A DNA stretch of 52,818 nt from an uncultured Bacilli bacterium. Lineage in GTDB: Bacteria; Bacillota_I; Bacilli_A; RF39; UBA660. Shown piece after piece: positions 9,289 to 18,806 of this stretch. The position numbers and the translations under genes were made by a program. The stretch lies in NCBI GenBank assembly GCA_934096315.1, contig CAKOLT010000004.1:1-52818 (forward strand). The letters are read 5' to 3'. Each line of letters begins with the position of its first letter. The first letter of the stretch is position 1. A model generated the notes under the pieces. It was not told the DNA's origin, ran no database searches, and worked only from the letters and a program-made list of their open reading frames with translations.

Positions 9289-10287
9289 TTATCTCTCAAT
9301 CATATGCACATTATCTAAAAGAACACCAGTTCCCTCAGCAACACACGTAAGTGGACTTTCCGCAACAAAGACAGGAACTTTTAACTCTTGTGCTAAAAGT
9401 AAATTAAAACCATCTACTAAAGAACCTCCACCAGTAATAACAATACCTTTATCAATAATATCAGCAGCAAGTTCTGGAGGAGTTTGCTCTAAAATACCCT
9501 TAATTGCATGAATAATAGTATAAACACTCTCTCTTAAACCTTCCTCAACCTCATCACTTGTAAGCGTAATAGTATGCGGAAGACCAGTAACTAAATCTCT
9601 ACCTCTAACTTCCATCTTTTCATTCCTATTACCAGGAAAAACAGTACCAATATTTATCTTAATATCCTCTGCTGTCCTCTCTCCCACAAGTAGTTTATAC
9701 TTATCCTTTATATATTTAACAATATCATTATCAAAAGCATTCCCTGCAATTCTAATAGAAGTACTATTAACAATACCTCCCAATGATAAAATAGCAATAT
9801 CTGTAGTTCCACCACCAATATCAATAACCATATTGCCACTTGGTTTAGAAATATCCATACCAGCTCCTACTGCAGCAACCTTAGGTTCTTCCTCTAAGAA
9901 AACTTTCTTAGCCCCAGTTCTCTCAGCAGCTTCTTTAATAGCATTCTTCTCAACCTGAGTTATATTAGAGGGACAACAAATAAGTATCCTAGGTCTACAA
10001 AAGAAACTTTTACCATTTACCTTTTTGATAAAATAATTAAGCATAACCTCCGTTGTTTCAAAATCTGCAATAACACCATCCTTCATAGGCTTAATTGCTT
10101 TAACTTTCCCCGGAGTTCTACCAAGCATCTCATGAGCCTCTGTTCCAACAGCAAGAGGTTTCTTCGTTTCAGAATCAATTGCCACAACACTAGGTTCATT
10201 AAGTACAATACCTTGTCCTTTTATATATATAAGTACATTAGCAGTCCCCAAATCTATTCCAATATCTTTATTAAACATATTAAACAT
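9289..10287 (-). CDS. mreB: Rod-shape-determining actin homologue MreB/Mbl
   Basis: Motifs DIGIDLGTANVLIY and VIDIGGGTTDIA; ~333 aa. Start taken at ATG 10287 (MFNMFNKD); the track ORF extends to a TTG at 10299. Confidence 0.9.
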   Translation of the reverse strand: MFNMFNKDIGIDLGTANVLIYIKGQGIVLNEPSVVAIDSETKKPLAVGTEAHEMLGRTPGKVKAIKPMKDGVIADFETTEVMLNYFIKKVNGKSFFCRPRILICCPSNITQVEKNAIKEAAERTGAKKVFLEEEPKVAAVGAGMDISKPSGNMVIDIGGGTTDIAILSLGGIVNSTSIRIAGNAFDNDIVKYIKDKYKLLVGERTAEDIKINIGTVFPGNRNEKMEVRGRDLVTGLPHTITLTSDEVEEGLRESVYTIIHAIKGILEQTPPELAADIIDKGIVITGGGSLVDGFNLLLAQELKVPVFVAESPLTCVAEGTGVLLDNVHMIER

Positions 10288-10347
10288 ACATCTCACCAAC
10301 CTTTTTAAACTATTTTACCACAAATTACCTATTTTGAATAGCATTTT

Positions 10348-10599
10348 CTACCCTTTTTCCAAAAATTTCTGTCTTGTAGACTCTCCCCCACGTATATGTC
10401 TAATTAGAGTATGATATCTAAGTACCTTATTCACCTCTTCATAAACAGAAGCATCAATATTAAAAAGTCTATCATTTAAATCCTTATGTACAGTACTCTT
10501 ACTAACCCCAAAAATATTAGCAATCTGTCTAATAGTATCTCCAGTATTTAAAATATAGTTACTCTCATCAAGCACTCTTTTAATTATTCTCTTATCCAT
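10348..10599 (-). CDS. spoIIID: Stage III sporulation protein D (mother-cell transcription factor)
   Basis: 83 aa. Signature IANIFGVSKSTVHKDLNDRL...VLRYHTLIRHIRGGESTRQKF closely matches SpoIIID. Conserved position next to mreB/mbl. Confidence 0.9.
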   Translation of the reverse strand: MDKRIIKRVLDESNYILNTGDTIRQIANIFGVSKSTVHKDLNDRLFNIDASVYEEVNKVLRYHTLIRHIRGGESTRQKFLEKG

Positions 10600-10644
10600 A
10601 TCTTCTCCTTAGTACATAATATTATGAAAAAAGCAGGTAAATAC

Positions 10645-11286
10645 CTACAAATCCTTTAAATTTTTATTAAAGTATTCATTAGGATTAACAACCATACCTT
10701 GATGACTTAGCTCAAAATGAAGACCATTATCAACATCATTATATATGCTACTTTTTCCACTCTTCGCAATTACTTGCCCTTGCATTACTGTATCATCTTT
10801 TTTTACATTAACGTCTCCTAAACCTTGATAAACACTTATAATATCATTATTATGTCTAATTTCCACAGTAGTACCTAGTATCTCATTTTCTTCTACCTTA
10901 GTAACAGTACCATCTAAAATACTAACAACATCAAAAGCATTGTCACATCGATAATCAATACCTGAATTTTGCATATATGTATTACCATAATAAATAATTG
11001 CATCCTCTTGTCCCTTACTCTCAGCCTTATAATCATAATAATCCTTATACACACTTACTGTATTATCCATATAAGGCTTAATTATCTCTATATCATTTGC
11101 AATAACAGGAATATAATTATCCTGAGGTTTAACTACTGAGTCATCAACATAATCATTAACACTCTTATCCTTAAGAATAGAATTTTTAATAATATCATTA
11201 ACCATAAATAAAGAAACTACAAATAAAACAAAAGCCAAAACATAAATACCTGAAGTAGCCACTAACCTAAATCTTTTTTTAATCAT
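10645..11286 (-). CDS. spoIIQ: Membrane-anchored degenerate LytM/M23 protein, SpoIIQ-like
   Basis: N-terminal TM anchor and C-terminal LytM fold (GQVIAKSG..GLHFELSHQG). The first zinc-ligand motif HxxxD reads SGID (His replaced by Ser). Position between spoIID and spoIIID matches other sporeformers. Start at ATG 11286 after AGAGGTGA. Confidence 0.65.
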   Translation of the reverse strand: MIKKRFRLVATSGIYVLAFVLFVVSLFMVNDIIKNSILKDKSVNDYVDDSVVKPQDNYIPVIANDIEIIKPYMDNTVSVYKDYYDYKAESKGQEDAIIYYGNTYMQNSGIDYRCDNAFDVVSILDGTVTKVEENEILGTTVEIRHNNDIISVYQGLGDVNVKKDDTVMQGQVIAKSGKSSIYNDVDNGLHFELSHQGMVVNPNEYFNKNLKDL

Positions 11287-11338
11287 TTTTTTCACCTCTA
11301 ATATAAGTATCAACAAAAAAATAAATAATATACATATT

Positions 11339-12322
11339 TTATATTTTTTTTATACTTACTCCCGTATAATAGTGAAATAAAATATCTTTATAATTATAAC
11401 CTTCCAAAGCCATTCCAAGTGCACCATACTGACTCATACCAACACCATGACCATAACCACTAGTATTTATGATTACATTACTACCAACTCTTTCAAAATT
11501 AAAATCAAGAGATCTTAATCCAAGTTTATTATAAACATCCATTGCTTTAAAAGAAACATCATTAATCTTTAAACTAATAACTCTACCACTACTACTTTTA
11601 ACAACATCACTTACATTAAATGAATCACTATAACTAATACCAAGTTTCTCATAAAAATTAACTAAACTAATAGATATGCTATTTTTAAATGCCGTAGATA
11701 CTTTACTATCCCAAACACTTTCCACACTCTTTAAATAAGGAAGAGAAAAAGAAAAAACAACATCAGCATTTTCCGTATATCCATTACTTGTAGAAAAAAA
11801 CAAAGCATCAACAACTTCCCCATTATACTCTAAATATTCCCCCAAAGTATCATTTACACAAGAAACAAGTTTATTAATATTTTTAACATAATCACCTCCC
11901 CATGCTTCTTTCAAATAATCTCTATCCAAATAAACCTGATTCATAATAGAATCAACAACATCAAACTCATTGTCTTTATTATATTCCATTCTTTTAAGAA
12001 CATAACTTCTCGCCGCAACAGCCTGTGCCTTAAGAGCCTCAGGTTCAAAATAAACAGGCATTTCCCCTGCAAGGACCCCAACAATATATTCCTCAAGAGA
12101 TATATTATCAATTCTTCCAAGCCCTACTCTCTTAACTCTAACAGAAAGACTATTAACATAATCTAGTCTAATTTCTTTAACAACATAATTATTAGAATAA
12201 TAAACAATAACAAAAGGAAGAAAAAATATAATAATTACAAATAAAAATAACTTTTTCATAAATAAATTATATAACCAAATTCTAAAAAATAATGTCAAAA
12301 AAAGTATGCCATAAGCATACAT
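11339..12322 (-). CDS. spoIID: Stage II sporulation protein D (lytic transglycosylase)
   Basis: SpoIID/LytB motifs LKAQAVAARSY, ALFFSTSNGYTENA and GHGVGMSQYGA. Start 12322 is coupled (TAATG) to the upstream gene; alternative start at 12259 (MKKLFLF). Confidence 0.88.
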   Translation of the reverse strand: MYAYGILFLTLFFRIWLYNLFMKKLFLFVIIIFFLPFVIVYYSNNYVVKEIRLDYVNSLSVRVKRVGLGRIDNISLEEYIVGVLAGEMPVYFEPEALKAQAVAARSYVLKRMEYNKDNEFDVVDSIMNQVYLDRDYLKEAWGGDYVKNINKLVSCVNDTLGEYLEYNGEVVDALFFSTSNGYTENADVVFSFSLPYLKSVESVWDSKVSTAFKNSISISLVNFYEKLGISYSDSFNVSDVVKSSSGRVISLKINDVSFKAMDVYNKLGLRSLDFNFERVGSNVIINTSGYGHGVGMSQYGALGMALEGYNYKDILFHYYTGVSIKKI

Positions 12323-12510
12323 TAACTAAGTGCGGTTAAAAAATCATAAAGAAAATTAGTAAATAAATAAGAAGTACAAAATACAAGTATCATATAAAAT
12401 ATCCTACTTTGCATATATCTATTTTTCTTAAATATAACATTTAAATTAACCCCATCATAAAGCCACACAACAAGAGGAATAACCAGTAAATAAAGAACAA
12501 ACTTAACCAT
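12322..12510 (-). CDS. Small two-TM membrane protein, DUF1146/YwzB-like
   Basis: 62 aa with two hydrophobic helices. It occupies the slot near murA/spoIID where ywzB-like genes sit in Bacilli. Overlaps both neighbours. Confidence 0.55.
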   Translation of the reverse strand: MVKFVLYLLVIPLVVWLYDGVNLNVIFKKNRYMQSRIFYMILVFCTSYLFTNFLYDFLTALS

Positions 12511-12943
12511 TTTCTATATCCCTAATTTTATTATTCCTATTAATATATTTATTAACATTAGAAAATGGTGTATTAATGAAACTAACAACAATCTCTTTAA
12601 GTAAATTATCCTCAATATCTTCAGATAATGCTATAACATTTGCATCATTATGACTCCTACATAACAAAGCTTCACTAACATTACAAACTTTAGCACAATA
12701 AACACCTTTAACCTTATTAAGAGCTATACTCATACCAATACCAGTACCACAAATAGCAATACCCATCTGTACATCCCCATTAACAATACCTTTTCCTAGT
12801 TTTAAAGCATAATCAGGAAAATCAACCGGATCATCAGTCTTTGTTCCATAATCAACAACTTCATGACCAATATTAGTTAAAAACTTTTCAAGTACTATTT
12901 TACTCTTAAGTCCCCTGTGATCATTAGTTATACCTATTTTCAT
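12503..12943 (-). CDS. rpiB: Ribose-5-phosphate isomerase B (RpiB/LacAB family)
   Basis: Motifs MKIGITNDHRG and GIAICGTGIGMSIALNKVKGV. The start at ATG 12943 gives a typical ~146-aa protein; the longer track ORF (to 13033) adds a non-conserved hydrophobic extension. Confidence 0.85.
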   Translation of the reverse strand: MKIGITNDHRGLKSKIVLEKFLTNIGHEVVDYGTKTDDPVDFPDYALKLGKGIVNGDVQMGIAICGTGIGMSIALNKVKGVYCAKVCNVSEALLCRSHNDANVIALSEDIEDNLLKEIVVSFINTPFSNVNKYINRNNKIRDIENG

Positions 12944-13035
12944 TATATCAACTCTCTTTCTAATAAAATTATAGCATAATAGCAAAATTAAGTAAACAAA
13001 AAAGCAAACAAAGCGTTTACTTACATATAACAAAA

Positions 13036-13248
13036 TTATGCTTCTTTTTTATCAAAACCATATTTCTTATTAAATTTATCCACTTGTCCTTTTCTTCCAC
13101 CAGTAGTTTGTTTACCTGTATAAAAAGGATGACAATTGCTACAAACTTCAACGTGTATTTTATCTTTAGTAGAATTAGTCTTAAAAGTATTTCCACACGC
13201 ACATGTAACTGTAGACTCTACATATTTTGGATGAATATTAGCCTTCAT
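13036..13248 (-). CDS. rpmE: 50S ribosomal protein L31 (zinc-binding type A)
   Basis: MKANIHPKY... with CACG and [10 protein letters not shown] motifs. Start 13248 is preceded by GGAAGGAGAG. The track ORF to 13329 is an upstream extension. Confidence 0.9.
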   Translation of the reverse strand: MKANIHPKYVESTVTCACGNTFKTNSTKDKIHVEVCSNCHPFYTGKQTTGGRKGQVDKFNKKYGFDKKEA

Positions 13249-13306
13249 TTCTTTCTCTCCTTCCGCCATGACACAAGTCATAGTAATAAATACTTCAAAT
13301 ATTATA

Positions 13307-13984
13307 TCAAGAATTTTTAATTTTTTCAACTATTATTTGAAAAATTTTATTATAATCCTCTATTTTTATGCACTTATCATTAATATTTTTATAATTATCC
13401 TTAATAAAACTAACATCCACATAAATAAAACCATTACTTTTAACCATATCAGCAAGTTCTAAATTAACATAATTAACAATATCTTCCTTACCCTTAATAT
13501 TATTATAAAATCCCGTTACAAAAACAAGTTTATGATTATATCTATTAATTAGTCCAAGTAAAGTTTCCATATCATCAAGCATTTCATGAATATATCCAAA
13601 AATATCCCCCTTATCCATAAGAAGACGAGAATAAAGTTCATTATTACCTATAGATAAAGTAATAATATCAGATCTCTTTAAAGCTTGATTTATATAAACC
13701 TCACCCTTAACATCATAAACATAATCATTATACTTAATCATCCTAATAAGATCAGTAATCCTATAAGAATAATCCACAAACAAATTATTAAATTTTTCTA
13801 ACTTTTTCTCATTCTTTAAATAATCACTAATCATATTATCATAACCCGTATGAAAACTATTATCACAAAAACTTTTCCCAAGACCGTCTCCAAGAGATAA
13901 ATAGTAATATTCTTCTTTTTCTGTAACAAAGTAGACAATATAACAAGACAAAAAAAGAACTAATACAAATAAAATCTTCTTCAT
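13307..13984 (-). CDS. Secreted/anchored SGNH(GDSL)-like hydrolase homologue with Ser-to-Gly change in block I
   Basis: Signal anchor [15 protein letters not shown]. Block I reads LSLGDGLG (GDG instead of GDS). Block III-like motif is LSIGNNE. Confidence 0.55.
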   Translation of the reverse strand: MKKILFVLVLFLSCYIVYFVTEKEEYYYLSLGDGLGKSFCDNSFHTGYDNMISDYLKNEKKLEKFNNLFVDYSYRITDLIRMIKYNDYVYDVKGEVYINQALKRSDIITLSIGNNELYSRLLMDKGDIFGYIHEMLDDMETLLGLINRYNHKLVFVTGFYNNIKGKEDIVNYVNLELADMVKSNGFIYVDVSFIKDNYKNINDKCIKIEDYNKIFQIIVEKIKNS

Positions 13985-13996
13985 ACTAAATTATAT

Positions 13997-15247
13997 TTAT
14001 ATTATTTCTATTTTAGCACCCACATTACTAAGTTTAGATACAATATCCTCATACCCTCTTAAAATAAAATGTATATTATCAAGGGTAGTAACACCCTCTG
14101 CAATAAGACCACAAATAAGAAGTGAAGCTCCCCCCCTTAAATCAGTAGCAGTTACATCTCTACCATACAAAGGAGTAGGTCCTTTAACAATAGCAAATTC
14201 ATTATTAATAACCTCTATATTAGCTCCCATTCTAACAGTATCCGCAATATTTTGAAATCTATTTTCATATATAGTCTCATAAACCATACTAAATCCTTCA
14301 CATTGTGTTAAAAAAGGAATCATTATCTGCTGAAGATCAGTAGGAAATCCAGGATAAACAAGCGTCTTAATATTAATATGTTTATAATTAGAAGTTTTCT
14401 TTATTAAAACATAATCAACTCCAATTTCCATATTAACTCCAGACTCTTTTAATTTAGAAGTAAGTGACTCAACATGACTAGGAATAATCTTAGATATTCT
14501 TAAATTTTCTCCAAGAAGAGCCCCAATAACTATATAAGTACCAGCCTCTATTCTATCAGGAATAACCTCATGAAATCCACCATGTAAATAATTAACTCCC
14601 CTAATTTTAATTACACCAGTACCCGCACCCCTTATTTTAGCCCCCATATTATTAAGAAATGTAGCAACATTTACAATCTCAGGTTCCATCGCAGCATTTT
14701 CAATTGTGGTAGTTCCTTTTGCTTTAACCGCTGCTAGCATAATATTAATTGTAGCCCCAACACTAGGAACATCTAAATAAATTTTTGCTCCCTTTAACTC
14801 TTTAGCTTCAATGTGAAAGAAATCACCTTCAGGAGTAATCTTAGCACCAAGTTGTTTAAATCCCTTTAAATGTAAATCAATAGGTCTTTCTCCAATAGAA
14901 CATCCCCCTGGAAAATATATACAAGCTTTTTTAAACTTACCAAGTAAAGCTCCCATAAAATAATAAGAAGCTCTAAGTTTTTTAGAAAGTTCCGAAGGAA
15001 TAACATCATTAACAATATTTTCTGAATTAACAGTTACTGTACAACCATTTCTAGTAACATCAGCCTTTAAATAAGTAAGAATATTCTCCAAATCATCAAT
15101 ATCTGAAATATTAGGAACATTATTAATACTAACAACCTCATCACAAAGTATCGAAGCTGGAATTAGTGCTACAGCACTATTTTTAGCACCACTAACCACA
15201 ATCTCTCCTGATAATTTTTGTCCTCCTATAATCTTAAATTTAGACAT
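13997..15247 (-). CDS. murA: UDP-N-acetylglucosamine 1-carboxyvinyltransferase
   Basis: 416 aa. Motifs GGQKLSGEIVVSGAKNSA and active-site PGGCSIGERPIDLH. RBS AGGAGGTAGGG. Confidence 0.93.
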   Translation of the reverse strand: MSKFKIIGGQKLSGEIVVSGAKNSAVALIPASILCDEVVSINNVPNISDIDDLENILTYLKADVTRNGCTVTVNSENIVNDVIPSELSKKLRASYYFMGALLGKFKKACIYFPGGCSIGERPIDLHLKGFKQLGAKITPEGDFFHIEAKELKGAKIYLDVPSVGATINIMLAAVKAKGTTTIENAAMEPEIVNVATFLNNMGAKIRGAGTGVIKIRGVNYLHGGFHEVIPDRIEAGTYIVIGALLGENLRISKIIPSHVESLTSKLKESGVNMEIGVDYVLIKKTSNYKHINIKTLVYPGFPTDLQQIMIPFLTQCEGFSMVYETIYENRFQNIADTVRMGANIEVINNEFAIVKGPTPLYGRDVTATDLRGGASLLICGLIAEGVTTLDNIHFILRGYEDIVSKLSNVGAKIEII

Positions 15248-15345
15248 ATCCCTACCTCCTACAATATTTTATGAACATTAATTTTTTTTGTTAACAATTT
15301 AAAAAGGCATCTAAACTAACCATGCCCATAAACCCTTACGCCATT

Positions 15346-15374
15346 ATTCTATCACAAAAAAAAGACAATTGCAA
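15346..15374 (-). promoter_or_regulatory. Putative sigma-A promoter of murA
   Basis: Minus strand TTGCAA (15374-15369), 17-nt spacer, TAGAAT (15351-15346). A short hairpin GGCAT(N11)ATGCC + TTTTT (15326-15301) lies in the ~95-nt leader. Confidence 0.45.
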
Positions 15375-15641
15375 GTAATATCTGTTTGGTAAATTTTTTT
15401 TCAAATATGAAGTATTGCACTTGAATTATAAATATAAGAGTAATATCTAAAATAGCAGTATTTTCAAAATAAACACACAGATATTTTCAATTAGAAACTC
15501 ACAATATACAAAAAGAAAAAAATAGAAATATATATATACCTAAATTTAAAATATTTAACATAAAACTCTTACGAACTAATAAATTATATTTTCTACTTTT
15601 TCTTTGAATAACTATATCTCGGGCTACAATAATTATATAAT

Positions 15642-16016
15642 TTATCCCTTATCTATATCAGTTCTTCCACTTATCCTATTATCACTATCCTTAATCCAAA
15701 GATAATATTTTTTATATTCAAAGTAAGAAGTCACCACCTTATTATTATCAATTTTACTCCAACATAAAGAATCTACACTCGGAACACTTTTAGTAGTTTT
15801 TAAACAGTATTCTGTCGAATTTCCAAAAGTTGTTATTACAAGTTTACCATTTTCTTTAATCACACTATCTACTTTAGCAGTCATATCTTCATTAGGCTTA
15901 GCATAATACTGATTATTATTATCATCAGGTATAATATTTTTAGCAGCAATAAAACTAAATACTATCAAAATAAAGACACCCCCTAGGACAATAAATGTAC
16001 TACTATTATTTTTCAT
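15642..16016 (-). CDS. Membrane-anchored extracytoplasmic protein, unknown function (last gene of the ATPase operon)
   Basis: 124 aa. N-terminal TM (FIVLGGVFILIVFSFIAA). Overlaps the ATPase gene by 11 nt. Confidence 0.6.
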   Translation of the reverse strand: MKNNSSTFIVLGGVFILIVFSFIAAKNIIPDDNNNQYYAKPNEDMTAKVDSVIKENGKLVITTFGNSTEYCLKTTKSVPSVDSLCWSKIDNNKVVTSYFEYKKYYLWIKDSDNRISGRTDIDKG

Positions 16017-18618
16017 TTTTAACCTCCCTGTAATCCTTAAACAATTTCGTATATACTGGTTTTATTAACTCCCCTAAGACAAACATTATAAGACATATTC
16101 CTATAGTTACTAAAATATAACTAATTTTTATATTAGGTACAATAAAATATTTACTTAATGGCGTAACTAATACTAAGACTTGAATTATTAATATTGAAAA
16201 TACTCCCAATGTAAGTTTTTTATTTGAAAAGATATCCCTATTTAATACCGATTTCTTTATATTCTTGCAAGAGAATGCAAATAATAATTCATGAGTTACT
16301 AAATAGATAAATAATAATGATCCTGCCGTACTAACATCCACTGTACGTACAAAATAAATAAATATTGTAAGCATTACTACTGATTTTAAAATGGCTCCAA
16401 TTACAATTCTAGATACTAATAAAGGAGTAAAAAAGCTTTCATTATATTTATTAGCAAGAGTATTCTCCATTTGATCATCAGTTTTCTTTTCAAATGCTAA
16501 CATAATAGCAGGTATACTATCAGTTACTAAGTTTATCCATAATAATTGAAGAGTTGTAAACATTTCCATATTTAATACCATTGATATAAATACAAGAAAC
16601 ACTTCTACAATATTACCCGCCAGTAAATAAAGAATTATCTTCTTAATATTAGCAGTTATTCTCCTACCTTCTTCAACACCATCAACTATTGTAGAAAAAC
16701 TATCATCTACTAATATACAGTCAGCAACTTTTTTTACAACTTCAGTCCCCGTCACTCCCATACCTATTCCAATATCAGCTTTTTGAATAGCAGGTGCATC
16801 ATTTACTCCATCACCAGTCATAGCAACCACGTAACCATTACTTTGAAGAGCATCCACTATCCTAAGTTTAGTACTCGGAGATATTCTAGCATAAACATTA
16901 TACTTTTTAACAGCCTCTCTTAATTCATCATCAGTCATCTTATCTACTACCTTACCAGTTGTAGCACCCTCATCATTATCAATAATACCAACACTTTTAG
17001 CTATAGCTCTCGCCGTATTTATACTATCTCCCGTTATCATAACAATCTTTATTCCAGAATTTTTACATGTATTAATAGCATTTGGTACAGATGTTCTTGG
17101 AGGATCCATCATACCTATTAACCCTAAAAATATCATATTTTTTTCAGGATTATTTACATTACCATTTTTATAAGCTAAAGCTAAAATTCGAAGTGATTTT
17201 TCTGATTCCTCCTCTTCAATCTTAAATATTTTCTCTTTATAATGAGAAGTCATATCATATAACTTATTATCTTCTAAATAATAAGTACAGCTTGATAAAA
17301 CAGAATCTAAACTTCCTTTAGTAAATGAATACTCTTTATCATTTATCATGTTTACAGTACTCATCATTTTTCTATCTGAATCAAAAGGATATTCCTTTAC
17401 TCTTGGAATATTTATTAATAAACCTTTCTCCTCAAGATACTTATATATTGCTACCTCAGTTTCATCTCCAAGATATTTATCATTATTTTTAGTAACATTT
17501 TGACAACAAGATAAACAATAATTATATAAATTTATATTTTCTACATGATCCTTTTCAGTATATAATTTATTATTCACATAAATACTTTTTACTTGCATTT
17601 TATTTTCAGTTATAGTTCCCGTTTTATCCGAGCAGATTATATCAGTAGAGCCCAGTGTTTCCACAGAAGACATTTTTCTTATAATAACATTTCTTTTAGC
17701 CATCTCTGACATACCAAGAGACAAGATTATAGTTATTACCGAAGACATTCCCTCCGGAATAGCAGCGACTGCTAAAGAAATAGATAACATTAAAATATCA
17801 AAGAAATCATTCTTTTTAAGAAGACCTACTATCATCATCACAATTATAATTGCTATTACAATATAGGTTAATACTTTACTTATCTGGTTAATTTTCTTTT
17901 GAAGAGGGGTTAAATCATTTTTATTATTCATAAGACTAGCCCCTATCTTACCTAATTCAGTATTCATTGCAGTTGAACATACTATTACAAAAGCATGTCC
18001 ATTTGTTACATTACAGCCAGCATAAACCATATTCCCTCTTTCGTATAATTCCCTTTCATCAGTTATATCACTGTTATCTTTCTTAATACTTTTTGATTCT
18101 CCAGTTAAAGTAGATTCATTTACCTCAAAAGCATCTGATGATATTATTCTAGCATCCGCAGATACATAATCACCAGCCTCTAACTCAATAATGTCTCCTG
18201 GAACTATTTTTTTTACATCTATTGTTTCCTTCTTACCGTCTCTTATAACATTATTATTAGTTATAAACATTTTATTTAATTCTTCAATTGCTTTATCAGC
18301 CTTCTTTTCTTCAATAAAACTCAATGTAGCATTTATAACTACAATTATTAAAATTATAACTGAGTCAGCATACGATTCTTTTTGAATATAAGATATTACT
18401 GCAGAAAAAAGAGAAGCAAAAATTAAAAGTAATATCATTAAATCATTAAACTGACTTAAAAATATTAGAACATTTGGTTTTTTCTTTCGCTCTGCTAATT
18501 TATTTTCCCCATATTCTCCTAACCTCTTACTAGCTTCAGCCTCACTTAAACCATTAATATTAGAATTTAATTCTTTATATAACTGTTTAACTGTTTTATT
18601 ATAATAATTCTCTTTCAT
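16006..18618 (-). CDS. P-type (type IIA, Ca2+-transporting-like) cation ATPase
   Basis: 870 aa. Motifs TGES, phosphorylation site CSDKTGTITENKM, MITGD and GDGVNDAPAIQKADIGIGMG, with ~10 TM helices. RBS AGGAGAAGAGG. Confidence 0.9.
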   Translation of the reverse strand: MKENYYNKTVKQLYKELNSNINGLSEAEASKRLGEYGENKLAERKKKPNVLIFLSQFNDLMILLLIFASLFSAVISYIQKESYADSVIILIIVVINATLSFIEEKKADKAIEELNKMFITNNNVIRDGKKETIDVKKIVPGDIIELEAGDYVSADARIISSDAFEVNESTLTGESKSIKKDNSDITDERELYERGNMVYAGCNVTNGHAFVIVCSTAMNTELGKIGASLMNNKNDLTPLQKKINQISKVLTYIVIAIIIVMMIVGLLKKNDFFDILMLSISLAVAAIPEGMSSVITIILSLGMSEMAKRNVIIRKMSSVETLGSTDIICSDKTGTITENKMQVKSIYVNNKLYTEKDHVENINLYNYCLSCCQNVTKNNDKYLGDETEVAIYKYLEEKGLLINIPRVKEYPFDSDRKMMSTVNMINDKEYSFTKGSLDSVLSSCTYYLEDNKLYDMTSHYKEKIFKIEEEESEKSLRILALAYKNGNVNNPEKNMIFLGLIGMMDPPRTSVPNAINTCKNSGIKIVMITGDSINTARAIAKSVGIIDNDEGATTGKVVDKMTDDELREAVKKYNVYARISPSTKLRIVDALQSNGYVVAMTGDGVNDAPAIQKADIGIGMGVTGTEVVKKVADCILVDDSFSTIVDGVEEGRRITANIKKIILYLLAGNIVEVFLVFISMVLNMEMFTTLQLLWINLVTDSIPAIMLAFEKKTDDQMENTLANKYNESFFTPLLVSRIVIGAILKSVVMLTIFIYFVRTVDVSTAGSLLFIYLVTHELLFAFSCKNIKKSVLNRDIFSNKKLTLGVFSILIIQVLVLVTPLSKYFIVPNIKISYILVTIGICLIMFVLGELIKPVYTKLFKDYREVKNEK

Positions 18619-18629
18619 CCTCTTCTCCT

Positions 18630-18806
18630 TTATATTAAATATGAAATTATAAACATTACTACCATAATTACAAGTATCATAATTAACAATACTTTAGCAA
18701 TATTTATTAAAATCTGTTGATATGACTTTAGTATTCTTGTCCCACAATTACGACAATATCTATCACTATCCCTAACTATTTTTTTACAATTATTACACTC
18801 TCTCAT
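18630..18806 (-). CDS. 58-aa zinc-ribbon + single-TM mini-protein (not in the supplied ORF track)
   Basis: Translation: MRECNNCKKIVRDSDRYCRNCGTRILKSYQQILINIAKVLLIMILVIMVVMFIISYLI. Its ATG overlaps the stop of the upstream gene (TAATG). Its stop lies 11 nt before the ATPase ATG. Confidence 0.55.
   Translation of the reverse strand: MRECNNCKKIVRDSDRYCRNCGTRILKSYQQILINIAKVLLIMILVIMVVMFIISYLI

Noticed and set aside
12944-13329. N-terminal extensions of track ORFs, here rpiB to 13033 and rpmE to 13329. The same applies to tex from 26330, endolysin to 29782, scaffold to 47498, the 151-aa ORF to 45583 and terS to 52044.
   Set aside because: The extensions lack RBSs and add non-conserved residues or overlap upstream genes. 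Internal ATGs with good Shine-Dalgarno sequences give canonical protein N-termini.
15248-15641. 394-nt gap upstream of murA as a riboswitch or sRNA locus.
   Set aside because: Apart from a good promoter (15346-15374) and a weak 5-bp hairpin + T5 in the leader, there is no extended conserved-looking structure or ORF. The region is A/T-rich filler by eye, and a covariance-model scan would be needed to say more.
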